DNA from: Nemertoderma westbladi
Taxonomy: Eukaryota > Animalia > Xenacoelomorpha
NCBI GenBank assembly: GCA_032718475.1
Contig: JAUCBJ010007125.1
Location: forward strand, 33,016-97,015
Length of the DNA: 64,000 nt
Direction: 5' to 3'
In this document: one piece after another, positions 1 to 12,339 of the stretch
Position numbering within the stretch: position 1 is the first letter of the stretch
Layout: every line of letters starts with the position of its first letter
The notes under the pieces: generated by a model
The model's input: the letters and a program-made list of their open reading frames with translations, nothing else
Told to the model about the DNA's origin: nothing
The model's database searches: none
Translations under genes and position numbers: made by a program

Positions 1-93
1 GGAAACTCCGATATAGTTGACTACCTCCGTCATAACAAACAAATATCGAGAACAGATGGTATCGACGCATTGGAAGTACTTGGGTGTACGCAG
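1..93 (+). CDS. fem-1: fem-1 homolog, internal exon A (5' end outside window)
   Basis: Frame 1 reads GNSDIVDYLRHNKQISRTDGIDALEVLGCTQ, matching the FEM1 segment ...NIVDFL...INALELLGATF. It ends at a CAG|GTAGGT donor and joins in phase 0 to VDKK of the next exon. Not in the ORF track. Confidence 0.85.
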
Positions 94-245
94 GTAGGTA
101 ATCTTGGTGGGTGTACGCAGGTAGGTAATCTGGGTGGGTGTACGCAGGTAGGTAATCTGGGTGGGTGTACGGGTACGCAGGTAGTTAATCTGGGTGGGTG
201 TACGCAGGTAGGTAATCTGGGTGGGGTGTACGCAGGTAGGTAATA
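81..245 (+). repeat. 27-bp minisatellite made of the exon A splice-donor junction (6 copies; a 7th at about 3289-3312)
   Basis: Unit TGGGTGTACGCAG|GTAGGTAATCTGGG. GT positions at 94, 121, 148, 181, 208, 236 and 3297. Confidence 0.9.
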
Positions 246-281
246 CGCGATAGGAATACGCGTACGGGTACGGGTACGCAG

Positions 282-3200
282 TAGGGATGCGACAGAGCTA
301 AAATTTCATCCGGAGCCCGGAGGTTCCTCCGGGTTACAATATGAGCTCCGGCCGGAGCCGGAGCTTTGGTGATTGATAATTCCAGTGTATTATTATGGTA
401 GACATAGACAGATATGCGTTCATGAAACAGGGGGGGAGGGGGGATTTGATGCAAATTCTTACTCGGCGAATTAATATCTCGCCTCAATGTCAAATTATCA
501 TTTAAGTCGCATGCTATTCTAATCAAAACAATAATCTCTATTTAACAGGTTACAGTTAGATTTTTGGGAGTAATCAGCAGTTATTTGCGTCGATTTTCAC
601 CTGGAGAACGATGCATTTTGATTGCGTCCAAAGACTCTCCTATCTGGTGTTCATTGGACAAAAATATACTGTAATCAGTGTAATGTTTTAGACTTTCAGT
701 TCACACTCCACTCACTCATCTCCCATTTTTTAATTAGGGAAGAATATTAATTGAATTAACTGAATAATTTCAATGTTTTTGTTCAAACATTTAAATAATT
801 TCACAAGGGGGGTGGGGGTTATCAGAAAACTTAAAAAAACAAGCTGTAAATTACTTAATGTGTTAAACTAGCGTGTCCCTATACTAACTGCAGAGCACGC
901 AGCAAAGACACAAAATAATCAGGAGCGTGTTATTACTAATGTAGGGCTGCTAAATACAAAACCGCTACTCACCGTTGGATGGCGCTAACCTGCCGTCCGC
1001 TAATATATTTTACTAATTTTCTACGGCTCCTGCTAATCGCTTGTTCCTTTCTCTACCGATCGCTCGATAGAGAGCTAACTGTTCGAATATATGAGCCACG
1101 CGGGAATAACCAAAACAATAAACCCGAATCGGCTCCCTAAGCTTACTTAAGACGAGTGTGAGAGGCTTTACACTCAGAGTATATTCTTATGGCCTAATCT
1201 TACTGTAAAAACGCGCTAATAATTACGTCTTTTCTAATCTAATCTAATCGCAAATACTGGGGTTCCCTAACGGAATGTGAGAATATTTAAAATAATCAAA
1301 AAATTCTAGTACAGTGTCTTTTAGGGCTAATACCTGCTGTGGGACTAAACTTGCCTTCGGCTGGCTTTAGGCCAGCAATTTACTAATGCGTGCTGCGTAC
1401 TATATACTGCGATCTAACTTATTGTCCGCTAATTCAAATAACCGCCCAGCGTGAATAGTGTACGGTACTCCAAATTATTACCTTAACTACTCTCCGCTAT
1501 GCTGCGTACAAATTCTTAATTTTACTAATTAATTACAGTCACAAATATGTAACAGCGTACTAATTACTAAGTATTCCAGAATGCGCAATTCTAATTTATT
1601 ACGTAACTGGTTGTACTAGTAACAGTCTAAATACCGTATTATTTTCGACCTAATCAATAATTATTTATAGTAAACTAAGAAATAGAAATCAATCAAAAGG
1701 GGAAAAGAGCACCTACCTAAGCATTCGTGATTTATTAGGCACACTTTAGCAACATACCAATCAGCGTAACAATCTATAGTGCGAACTATTACTAACGTCC
1801 GCAACTCACACTCTACAGTTCGCTACGTAGTTTGCGATGCAATATTTGCAACTCGCAATGTATGCAACTCGCAATGTTTGCAACTCGCAATGTTTGCAAC
1901 TCGCAATGTTTGCAACTCGCAATGTGAAGCGCGAAGGCCTCTCCCGGGTACATCTAGAGCTTCCTAACTAACCCAATTCCTGCCCCCCTAATAATACAAA
2001 AATAGAGACAAAATCTGGATTATCAGCCCCCTAATTACTGTACTAGCGAGATGTCTTCACTCCACACTGCTTACTTTCTAACCGCAACAGTGGCCCCCGC
2101 CAGCGTTGCCTGCTTTTGAATCCTCCGCGCTCCCTTCGTCGCCAAACCCCCCGATGCGCCCGCCGCGCCTACCGGTAACTTAGCTCTCCATCAGAATGAA
2201 TAGCTACCGTAGCGGCGCATGCAAATCACAAACAGTCTGACAGTCTAAGAAAATCCCGTAGGATTATTGCGTCGAAAGGAATCACATAGAACCATTAACT
2301 AAAGGGTAGAAATCATAGTTCCAGTGTAATTAACAGTAATCGTTGGGATTGATTGAGAAACACAAGCAAGAATAATCAAATTAGCGAATCATTGCAAGAA
2401 ACTAATCGAAAAAAGAGCAGAAATTACAAAGAATTACGCACAAAGCACATACTCTAAAATGGATAAGAAGGTGTGGTGTGGGTTATACTGGTACTGTGTA
2501 TACCATACCGGCAAGCCGCCAATTTATAGGTGATTCAAGAGGGATGATGCAATCGCTCTCTCATTGGCTCTCCAATCCAACATCATTATCGATATCAATA
2601 TCACTATCATTAGACCAACCTGGAAACAGTTAGGCCAATAAGGAAGCCGGATCGTGAACCTATTGCTCCTGAAACCCACAAATCGTCACCATATATGGTA
2701 ATTTTGCCGATGCTTAATTTAGCGGTACTAATATTATGATGCACAAAGGTTAATTTAGCGCGATTATAAAGAAAAATAAGACCAATGTATGGCTAGCCCT
2801 GTTGAGGCTAATAACAGCAAGCTTAAATCCAGGGTCCAACAAAACTTGCTACCCTGGAACTATCTACTTATATCCTATTATAAAATTACATAGGTAGGGC
2901 TACATACTATACAAAATGGGTAAAGTCAAATATATGGGCGTTTTATTTTCCTTATCTAAATGTCATCGCGCATTATTATGTCTTATCTAAATAATTATAC
3001 TGCATAACGGCTAATATATTATACTGTACAACTGCTAATATATTATACTGTACAACTGCTAATATATTATACTGTATAATACGGACTAATGTAAGTACAG
3101 CGCCATATACCGTAACATAATGAGTTATTATGTTATTTACTATGATATTTACATTATTCATATATCAGAAAAACTTTCGAATTTCAACAACATAAGCTCC

Positions 3201-3288
3201 GGATTTGCTCCGTGCTAATTTGCGCGGAGCCGGAACCAGAGCCGGAGCCAGAAAATTAGCCCGGAGCCGGAGCTCTGTCGCATCCCTA
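282..3288. mobile_element. Non-autonomous hAT-type DNA transposon with nested cargo
   Basis: Perfect 18-bp TIR TAGGGATGCGACAGAGCT (282-299 / 3271-3288). 8-bp TSD GTACGCAG (274-281, 3289-3296). CCGGAG subterminal repeats. No transposase ORF. Confidence 0.9.
1843..1925 (+). repeat. 16-bp minisatellite TGTTTGCAACTCGCAA, about 5 copies
   Basis: Direct tandem copies visible in the sequence. Confidence 0.85.
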
Positions 3289-3499
3289 GTACGCAGGTAG
3301 GTAATCTGGGTGGGGGGGGGGGGGGGGGGGGGGAGGGGGGGGGATGTACATTTTTTTGCGCTGGTAGTTTAAAAACTGTTGAGTTGCAAGGAATTGTAAT
3401 TATTTTATTTTGCAATTAGCCGAAAAAAAATCTGATATTTATTTCTTGTCTAAAGCGGGTGGGTTATATGAAATCCCTGCCGAGACGTATGGTATACAG

Positions 3500-4130
3500 G
3501 AGCCCTGATTGGATGTTTGCAACCCTGAAACTTTCCCCTGAAAAAGGGGAGAGTCGTCAACTTGGACTAAAAGTCAAAATTCAACTAAAGCCTCTCCCAA
3601 AGAAAGGAGACTTCGGTATACCAACAAACTAGCGTGGGATCAGGTCCCTTGTGGTATCTGAGCTGCCAAAAAAAATACAACAAAATGATTCCAGAATTAG
3701 ACTTCATATATAGAAACTACAGCGTAAGAGCCAAAATTGTTAGAAGTTACGGAGATTGGTTGAAGGAATTAAAGCAAAGAACATTCATGTAGTGAACTTC
3801 AAGAAAGCATTCGTCATAATACATAGGTAAAATGCTGGAAATCCTAAGAGCTTATGGAATACCAGAAGTAATTGTGGCTGGCATTGGATTGTTATATTGT
3901 GACACAGAAGCTCACGGGCACTCTCGCCAGATGGTGAAACGGAGTTTTTCTCAATCCTGGCTGGCGTACTGCAAGGTGACACATTGGTATCGGCATTGCT
4001 ACTCGTAATTATACTGGATTACGCAATGAAGACGGCCACAAATGGAGAAGATCTGGGATACAATAACGCAGAAGTTGCAGATATCCGGCAACTACAGTCA
4101 CAGACACCGACTTTGCGGATGACATCGCCA
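3500..4130 (+). pseudogene. Degenerate non-LTR retrotransposon RT fragment (RTE-like)
   Basis: Broken frames give PLPKKGD...N*RGI, FSILAGVLQGDTL...IILDYAMK and TDTDFADDIA. Confidence 0.75.
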
Positions 4131-4421
4131 GACCCTTTTATTTTGCCCTATGGGCCTATTCTGTAACATTTGTAATCAGGATTTTTATCAACCCTGTTAG
4201 TAATTTACCGGTACAAATAATTCAAACCTGATATTTTAAATTTCGATTCGCCAGACCATTTTAAATATAGCCGCCGGTGGCGTAAAGTCTGGATAATGAA
4301 ATTAAATGAACTCCCTAAGCTATGCCCCATGGTGGCCTGGCCTCTCTTTAAAACTTTCAGTTCTGTCTCTCGTCCAGCTGTGGGTCACTCACTGTTTACC
4401 GTTTCTGTTGCAAACTTGCAG

Positions 4422-4596
4422 GTGGATAAGAAACACGATCTGTTTTCCGCTGTTGAGTATTGGAAGACGGCGATGGAAGAGCGTAGTGAATCGAATGAAC
4501 GACCCGAGTTACCTAAAGTGTTACCCATGGAAACCAAGTCTGCATACAATGGCGTCATGGAGATTACAACTAAAGAACAACTAGAAGAGCTTTTGG
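4422..4596 (+). CDS. fem-1: fem-1 homolog, exon B
   Basis: ttgcag|GTG acceptor. VDKKHDLFSAVEYWKTAMEER...EQLEELLG matches FEM1 VDKKRDL..A..YW..AM. G|gttagt phase-1 donor. Confidence 0.88.
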
Positions 4597-4721
4597 GTTA
4601 GTAAGCGTTGTACCCAGTGATACCTATTTAGACCTGTAACACTAGGACTGTGACGAACTCTTAAAATAATAAAATTTTCTCGATTTGATTATCTCATAAT
4701 ATTATAATTTTTAGTAGATAT

Positions 4722-4975
4722 CGATAAAACAATAAATGGTAATTATACCCATTCTTACTTAAATCCCCGATAAGACAATAAATGGTAATTATACCCATTC
4801 TTACTTAAATCCCCGATAAGACAATAAATGGTAATTATACCCATTCTTACTGAAATCCCCGATAAGACAATAAATGGTAATTATACCCATTCTTACTGAA
4901 ATCCCCGATAAGACAATAAATGGTAATTATAACACATTACTGAAATCCTCGATAAGACAATAAATGGTAATTATA
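4722..4975 (+). repeat. 46-bp satellite, left arm
   Basis: Unit GATAAGACAATAAATGGTAATTATACCCATTCTTACTGAAATCCCC. The same array resumes at 21099. Confidence 0.95.
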
Positions 4976-5765
4976 CACTGAAAAAAGTAACCAGTAGTTT
5001 TTTTTTAAAAACCACTGGTTCGAAAAACTACCACTGGTAGTTTTTGTAACAAATAAACCAACGGTTTTTTGGCTTAACCGGCAGTAGAAATTGAGCAATA
5101 TAACTGGCGGTTTCAACAACATCAAAATACCATGGGTTTTTAATACCGGTGGTTTATTAAACCAACAGTTTGAATTTTAAACAAACTGTCGGTTTTAAAG
5201 TCGCATCCTTCAAAATCAACCATGGGTCAACCAAGCGATTCTCATACACAAAAAGAATGCGGATATTGCGAAACTCGCGGAATACGAAGCCGCACTTATA
5301 GAACGAGATATTCAACTATACGAGGACTGGGAAAGGGATATAGATCAGGAATATGAACCAATACCGGTACCGGAATTAGAAAAGTCATTAATGACACTGG
5401 CGGTGAAACCCCCAAAACCCGAGTTCCCGCCTACCATACAGTCTACGTTATCGGCACAGGCCCCGGTGTTCCATCCCCACTGGTTACACTTAAAAATGAG
5501 GAACCGTATTTCCCATCCAACCCCACAGCAACGAGTGTACCCAAGTACGAGCCTGAAAGGGACTCGGAACGGGATGCCACTCCTCGATCCAACAACCCGT
5601 TTACGTCCACATCACAAAGCCGTAGCCGCGTCATCATTAAAACTCCACCTATCATCGATCCATCGTGTATGGGAGAGAGTGCCGATAATTATAACCCTCC
5701 TATCGGTGGTTTTTTTGAAAACCGGTGGTTTTTTTTTAAACAACCGTCGGTTCGTTTTTTCAGTG
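4976..5765. mobile_element. TA-flanked CACTG...CAGTG non-autonomous DNA element (CMC/EnSpm-like ends) enclosing a BEL gag fragment
   Basis: TA|CACTGAAAAAA at 4976 and TTTTTTCAGTG|TA at 5765. Imperfect extended TIRs with ACCACYGGT subterminal motifs. Confidence 0.7.
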
Positions 5766-5823
5766 TAGTCATTCCGGTTCAGACGACGTTGGTATCATCC
5801 GGGCATTAGAGAACCGACTGGCC

Positions 5824-8800
5824 ATGCCCAAGATGGAGATCCGCACCTTCGAAGGAGATCCCGTCGATTACCTCAGATTCAAGAAACGGTTCTTTGCGCA
5901 GATTGGATCAACGGACATAGCCGAAGCACAGAAACTGGTATATTTATCGCAATACCTGGGTGACAAACCATGCCGAATTATCGCATGCTTTGAAGGAGGA
6001 GCTCATGAAGCATACTATGACGCATGGAAGACTCTAGATAAAAGATACGGAAATATCGGGACTATAATTAATAAAACCCTCGAGAAACTGATCCAGGACG
6101 CGGGATCCCTAGGGGACCCACAGAATATCCAAGATTTCTCGGACTCGATGAAGGATGCCTACTACACTCTGAAACCATTAAATAAGGAGGAACAAGTGAA
6201 CAACATTCTAAACCTCCGACAGATCGCCCGGAAATTCCCCGGATGGCTACAAAGTAAGTGGGCGTATAAATGCGTAGATCTCCGGCGCAGACACCCAGAT
6301 CGAGATCCCAGCTTCCTCGAAATGTCAGCATTCCTGGATGATATCTCTGAAGCCATGAATGACTCGATGTTTTCAAAACAGAGTCTCGCCAAGTTGGACG
6401 GAATAGAGAGCAACTCCAGGAGTAAGATACCCCCGCCGAAACCGAGATTCCGCCCCCCACCGGTGAGTACGATGGCCATTACCATGGCCGAGGATTCCGA
6501 CGACGAAGACTACGAGGAACCGACATCCGCCGAGGAATGGGCGTGTTACCTTGCGAATTGGGCACCCGAGAGGGAAGGCATCACAAACTCCCTCCTCTGT
6601 CTCTTCTGTGGAGAGAAACATAAAGTGGAATTCTGCAGGAAGTTCCAGTTCGCCGAACTCGTCCCACGCTTCGAGGCGATAATGAAACACCGAGGATGCT
6701 TCCGGTGTCTTGGAACGGGTCACTATGTTCGGGATTGCGACCAAAGATCGTGCTGTGCAGTCTGTAACGACCTACGTCATCACACGCTCCTCCACATCCC
6801 CGCAAACTTCGATTTCACTACCCTCCCCTTTCGGATCGAAGCCAAGCGAAGAGGAGAAACGAACCACGTCTTCAAAGGAACCCGGACAACCCAACGGAGA
6901 GAAACCAACCCGTTTAAAATCTCCACCGATACACCACAAGTAACAAATATTTCAGCCACGATTAATCTTATAAATCGCCGCTACATGGTCTTCGCAAAGG
7001 TAATCCCAGTAAGGATTCAAGGAGTCGGCAAATCCCTGACGACGCTCGCGTTCCTTGATAACGGGTCTGACGGAACCATCATCAACCGGGATTTCCTCGA
7101 GCAACTCGGCCTAGAATATGAACCTTGTAAACGGCCCATACAAACCATCACCGATAACAGAGAGGTAGAGTCCGGGGATGTGCAACTCCAGATGGAAGGA
7201 GTAATGAAGGGCTACGAAACGGTTAAGCTAACCATCAAGAACGCCTTGGTACACACAGACCTCCGAGTGCGGTTCCGACAATCAGCCGAGTACGCCCCCC
7301 TCATGCAATTGGACCGAGACGATGTAGATCTGAGGTGTCCGCAGTTGGACGTAAACCGCATCACCCTACTGATCGGACTTGATACACCCTAACTACACAT
7401 CCCCACCGGAGATATCGCCCAATCTATAAAACAGGATGACGGATTTTATGCTGAACGAACAATAATGGGATGGACACTCTGCGGCATTAAGGAAGAAACT
7501 ACTGACACCTATACCTACCTTCCCAAATGTCAGATTAAAGAGAATGCAACCTCCGTGGGTTATTGCTCAGCTACGGACCTTGTCGGGGATTTGTTTCTGG
7601 AGACCGAGAAAACCCAACAAGAGATGATGAAATATTTTAATCTAGAGACCCAGGAGTTCGCTGAAAAGGACGAAAACCCGTCCGAAGAGGATCAATATTG
7701 TATGGACGTTCTCGACCAGGCCACGTTCAAAGACGGACACTGGTGTTCACCTATGCTATGGAAGGACCCAAACAAACCAATGGCAAACAACGCCAGCATG
7801 GCACTTAGGCGACTTAAGGGGATTCTATGCCGGCTGAATGACCAACCCGAGATAAAGGAGAAATATAATACCGTAATCCAAGGATATCTCGACGATGGAT
7901 TAGCAGAGATGGTACCACGGAATGAACTGCAAGGTGATAAAAGAACATATTATCTCCCAACCCACTATGTGGTAGAAGCCCGGAAGGGTGGGAAAATCCG
8001 AGTGGTAAATGATGCCGCCGCTATGTACCAGGGCGAATCCCTAAACAGTCAGCTTTACACGGGACCCAACATATATAGTACACTCATCGGCGTATTGATC
8101 AGGTTCAGGGAAAACCGGGTAGCATTCACCTGCGACATCAAGGCCATGTTTCATCAAGTTCGTACGCTACCAAGAGACTCAGACTGTCTACGTATCCTAT
8201 GGACGGATAAAACACTAACTCAACAGGAGATTAGTCAACTTACGATAAAGGACGTAGACATAATGCGTATGGTCGTCAGGATCTTCGGCGCTAAAGACTC
8301 GCCGGTAGCATGCAGTGACATGCTAAAGAGAACGGCGACTATGTGCAAAAACGAGTTCCCTCCAACTGTCATAGAAACCATCCGACGATGCTTTTACGTG
8401 GACGATGGATGCGCCGGCGCAGATAATGTGGACGACGCATATCAGCTAGCAATGGGGATGGTAGAATGTCTAAAGAAAGGAGGTTTTCCGCTCGTGAAGT
8501 TCAGATCCCACGACAAAACACTTATGGAAAAGTTTCCGGAGGACATCCGACTGGAAAATAACAAAATGTATTCGGAGGATGTGGAACACCGTGTACTCGG
8601 GATTGAATGGGACATAGAATCAGACGAATTCATTTTCAAATATAAACCCCTACCCACCCAAGCCTATGACAAAAAGGGGATGTTTGTCAATAAAAAGCGC
8701 CATCTTCGACCCACTAAATTTCATATGTCCAGTAACCTTGGCCGGAATGAACCTGATTAAGGAAATGTGGATAGAAGGACTGGGATGGGACAAAGAACTC

Positions 8801-11103
8801 CCCCCACACCTCAGCGTCAAATGGAGAAAATGGACGGAGCAGCTCGAACACCTACATCTTATGCGGATACCTCGACCGTTCTTCCTCGATAAACTACCCA
8901 CCGATATCTTCCAGCTCCATACCTTCTCGGATGCTTCGAATACCGGAATTGGCGTAGTCACCTTCTTACGAAGACTCAGCAATGATGGAAACGGCGATAC
9001 GAGCTTCTTATTTTCTAAAGCTAAGACAGTATCCGGGGAATTCGTAGCAACGATTCCAAGACTCGAGCTACAGGCTGCAGTTTGGGCAGTAAGACAGAAT
9101 TGCATGGTCATGCGGAACCTATGAATCCCCATCGAGTCTTAACACTTCTGGGTCGATTCGAGTATAGTTCTCTATTATCTCCACTCTCCATCACGGCGTC
9201 ACACTACGTTTGTTGCGAACCGAGCCACGGAGATTAAACAGTGTACCGGCCGAGAACAGTGGCACCACGTGAACAGGAAGAAAATCCAGTGGACTTATCA
9301 AGCCGAGGCGCCACCCCAAAACAACTCGGTAAAAGCAAACTCTGGCTTACAGGCCCGGAATTCCTACAGCAGCCACAATTAACATGGAGTACCCGATTCG
9401 ACCCCGAACTCAATAGCGGAAAATACTCCGAGGACGATAAAGAGATCTGTAAAGTCCATAGAAGCAACACAGTGGAAATTTATAGTTGTCTGACTGAGCC
9501 TGCAAAGGACTCGGGCAGGCACTATAACGTTGCGACGATCATTCAACCAGCGGCGTCTTTACATCTGTTGATCGAGCGAACCTCATCAATGAGACGGCTC
9601 ATCCACCACATTATAACCCTTCGCAACTTCCTACGGTGGAAAGACAACAAGCCGATAGTTCAACGGAGTATACAAGAACTCATTATCGCAGAGAAGTGTA
9701 TCATTGGATATGTCCAGAGAGAAAGTTTCCCCGATGAGTAGGAGCAACTCAGTGCGGGCAAGACCTTGAAACCGGATAGCCCAGTCTACCAACTGAGACC
9801 AATGATGGGAGAGGACGGACTGATCCGACTGAATACCCAGATGGCAAACGCCCCGGTCGAATATGAGGTTAAATACCCGGCGCTTCTGCCCGGAACTTCG
9901 ACACTAGCCAAGCTATTAATTCAACAATGTCACGAGGAAAACCATCACGCAGGACAAAACTGGATTATAGCTAATATAAGACAAAGATATTGGATCACAC
10001 ACATCCAGCCACTGATCCGGAAAGTGTTGAAACGTTGCTTTACCTGCAGAAGATATCTAGCGCCACCACTCACACAAAAGATGGCCGACTTACCAGCCAC
10101 CCGTCTACAGCCCGATTCCCCACCGTTCTACGTCACCGGAGTGGACTGTTTCAGACCGTTTACGGTCATCGAACGACGATCCAACATCAAATGCTGGGGG
10201 GCCATATTTACGTGCCTTAGGTCTAGGGCAATCTACCTAGACATTGTGGTGAACCTTACGCAACACGCATTCATCAACGCTCTGCGTCGGTTCGTGGCAA
10301 GCAATGGGACATGTCGTCACATGTATTCCGATAACGGCACAAACTTTGTGGGAGGAGAAAGAGAACTTAGAGAGGCGATCGAGGGATGGTTTACCGATAA
10401 CACGGCATCCCAAGTCTGGAAGGAACACCAGATACAGTGGCACTTCCAGACCCCCTTAGCACCCCATACGAGCGGGGTATGGGAGAAACTGATCGACCTA
10501 GTGAAACGATCCATGCGCGTCGCTCTAGGAGACACCCGGGTAACCCATGACACCCTCCGCACAACATTCTGCGAGATCACGGCTACCCTGAACAACCGAC
10601 CCATTGTCCCTATCCGCGACGACCCCACAGACCTGGAGCCCCTTACTCCTAATCACCTACTGGGGAGACCTAAAACTCATGTTCTCCCGGAGACAATGTT
10701 TCCGGATCCCAACGATATTGCGAGACATACAAACTGGAAGAAGGCCCAAGCATTGGCAGCGCACTGGTGGAGAATCTGGGCCCAGGAGTACCTCATAACC
10801 CTCCGGACCAGGAGGAAGTGGAACAACACCTACAGGAATGTCGAAGTTGGCGACATGGTACTAGTAAAAGAAGACCTTAAAGACCGCGTCCACTGGCCTG
10901 TGGCGCGAGTTGTGACAATACATCCGAGTAAAGATGGACTTGCGAGGACTGTGACGATACGAACGGCAAAGGGCCACTACCAACGCCCTATCCAGAGGCT
11001 GTGCCTTCTTGAAGGCAATGACAGTGGTGATTCTACGAGAGGTGATAAGTTCCCTACTAAAGATCCTGCTGCAGACATTGGTGACAATTACAAATGCGTT
11101 TAA
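5824..11103 (+). pseudogene. BEL/Pao gag-pol polyprotein, disrupted by stops (7390, 9122, 9739) and frameshifts (about 8660 and 9240)
   Basis: Gag PKMEIRTFEGDP..Y..F; zinc knuckles CLFCGEKHKVEFC, CFRCLGTGHYVRDC, CAVCNDLRHHTLLH; protease FLDNGS; RT DIKAMFHQV and YVDD; RNase H FSDAS and TIPRLELQAA; integrase HHCC, GVDC, SDNGTNF, GVWE; C-terminal W..EYL. Confidence 0.95.
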
Positions 11104-12339
11104 ACCCTTCTCATCATGTTGACAAACTTTTTTAAACTGTGATTTATCGACAATGAAAATGGACCCCCCTTAAACCAACTGTAACCACGCAATGGTATTT
11201 GTGTTTCCTCGTGTGTTATGTGGAGTCCAGCGTCACCCTGCAGATGTTTCGACTGACGCAGGATCGTTTATGTATTGTTTACCCTGATTTTGGTCATCGG
11301 GACCGACGATATTGGATTATTGGAAATGGAAAAGATTTGAAGTGGAATTCATTGTATTCATCGCAGTATGTTATGTTGTCCGTTGCGTGCGCAGTTCGGG
11401 GCGTAGGCGGTGTAACTAGTCCAGCTGTAGATCCCGGATTGCCGCGCAACACCCCCTCTATCCCGTTATTCTGGTGGGTCCATGGTGCATCCACGTGACT
11501 TCGACGATAGAGGGTTTTATGTTCTCAGTCGCGTTATTCTGGTGGGACCGTTGCGTGGATTTTGGGGCGTAGGCGGTGTAACTAGTCCAGCTGTAGATCC
11601 CAGAATGTTGCGTAACCCCATCCCACATGACTTCGTCGACTGAGCTTTATGTTGCTGGGAGTGTTATTCTGGTGGGTCCCTGGTGCATCCACGTGACTTC
11701 ACTTCCAGCGTCTTCATTGTCCGTTACGTGCGCAGTTTGGGGCGTAGGCGGTGTAACTAGCCCAGCTGTAGATCCCAGATTGCCGCGTAACACCCCTTCC
11801 ACGACAAAGATTTCCCAAAGAAGATGATTGAATGTAGTTGGAAATGATGAAAAGAATCAGACAACTCTACTATAAACCTGAATGATGACGCGTATGATGA
11901 TGAAAATGTAATGATGCGCACCCTGGTGCTGCGCTTATAACAAATGATGATAGCCGGGGGGCTATAACCCCAATGATGATGTGGAAATAAATGAAATGTG
12001 AAATAAATGGTGGAAATAAATGTGTTGAAATATGTTGAAATAAATGAAATGAGATGAAATAATAACGAGAAATGAAAAAAGACAAAAAAAAGGTATAAAA
12101 AAGTCTAAAGAAAAGAATTGGAAAAAAGAAAGGACATAAAAAGTCATAAAAAACTGGTTGGATATTAATGTATAGTTATAGTAACTGTAAATGCTGAATG
12201 TATTAGCAATAAGATGATAGATGCCTATATAGCAATGTTATTTAATAAACTGAACTGAATTATTCTGCAATCACTATAGTTTCAGACTTTCTGGACTTAT
12301 AATTAACTGATCTAATTTGTAACGGATATAATCGTAAAT

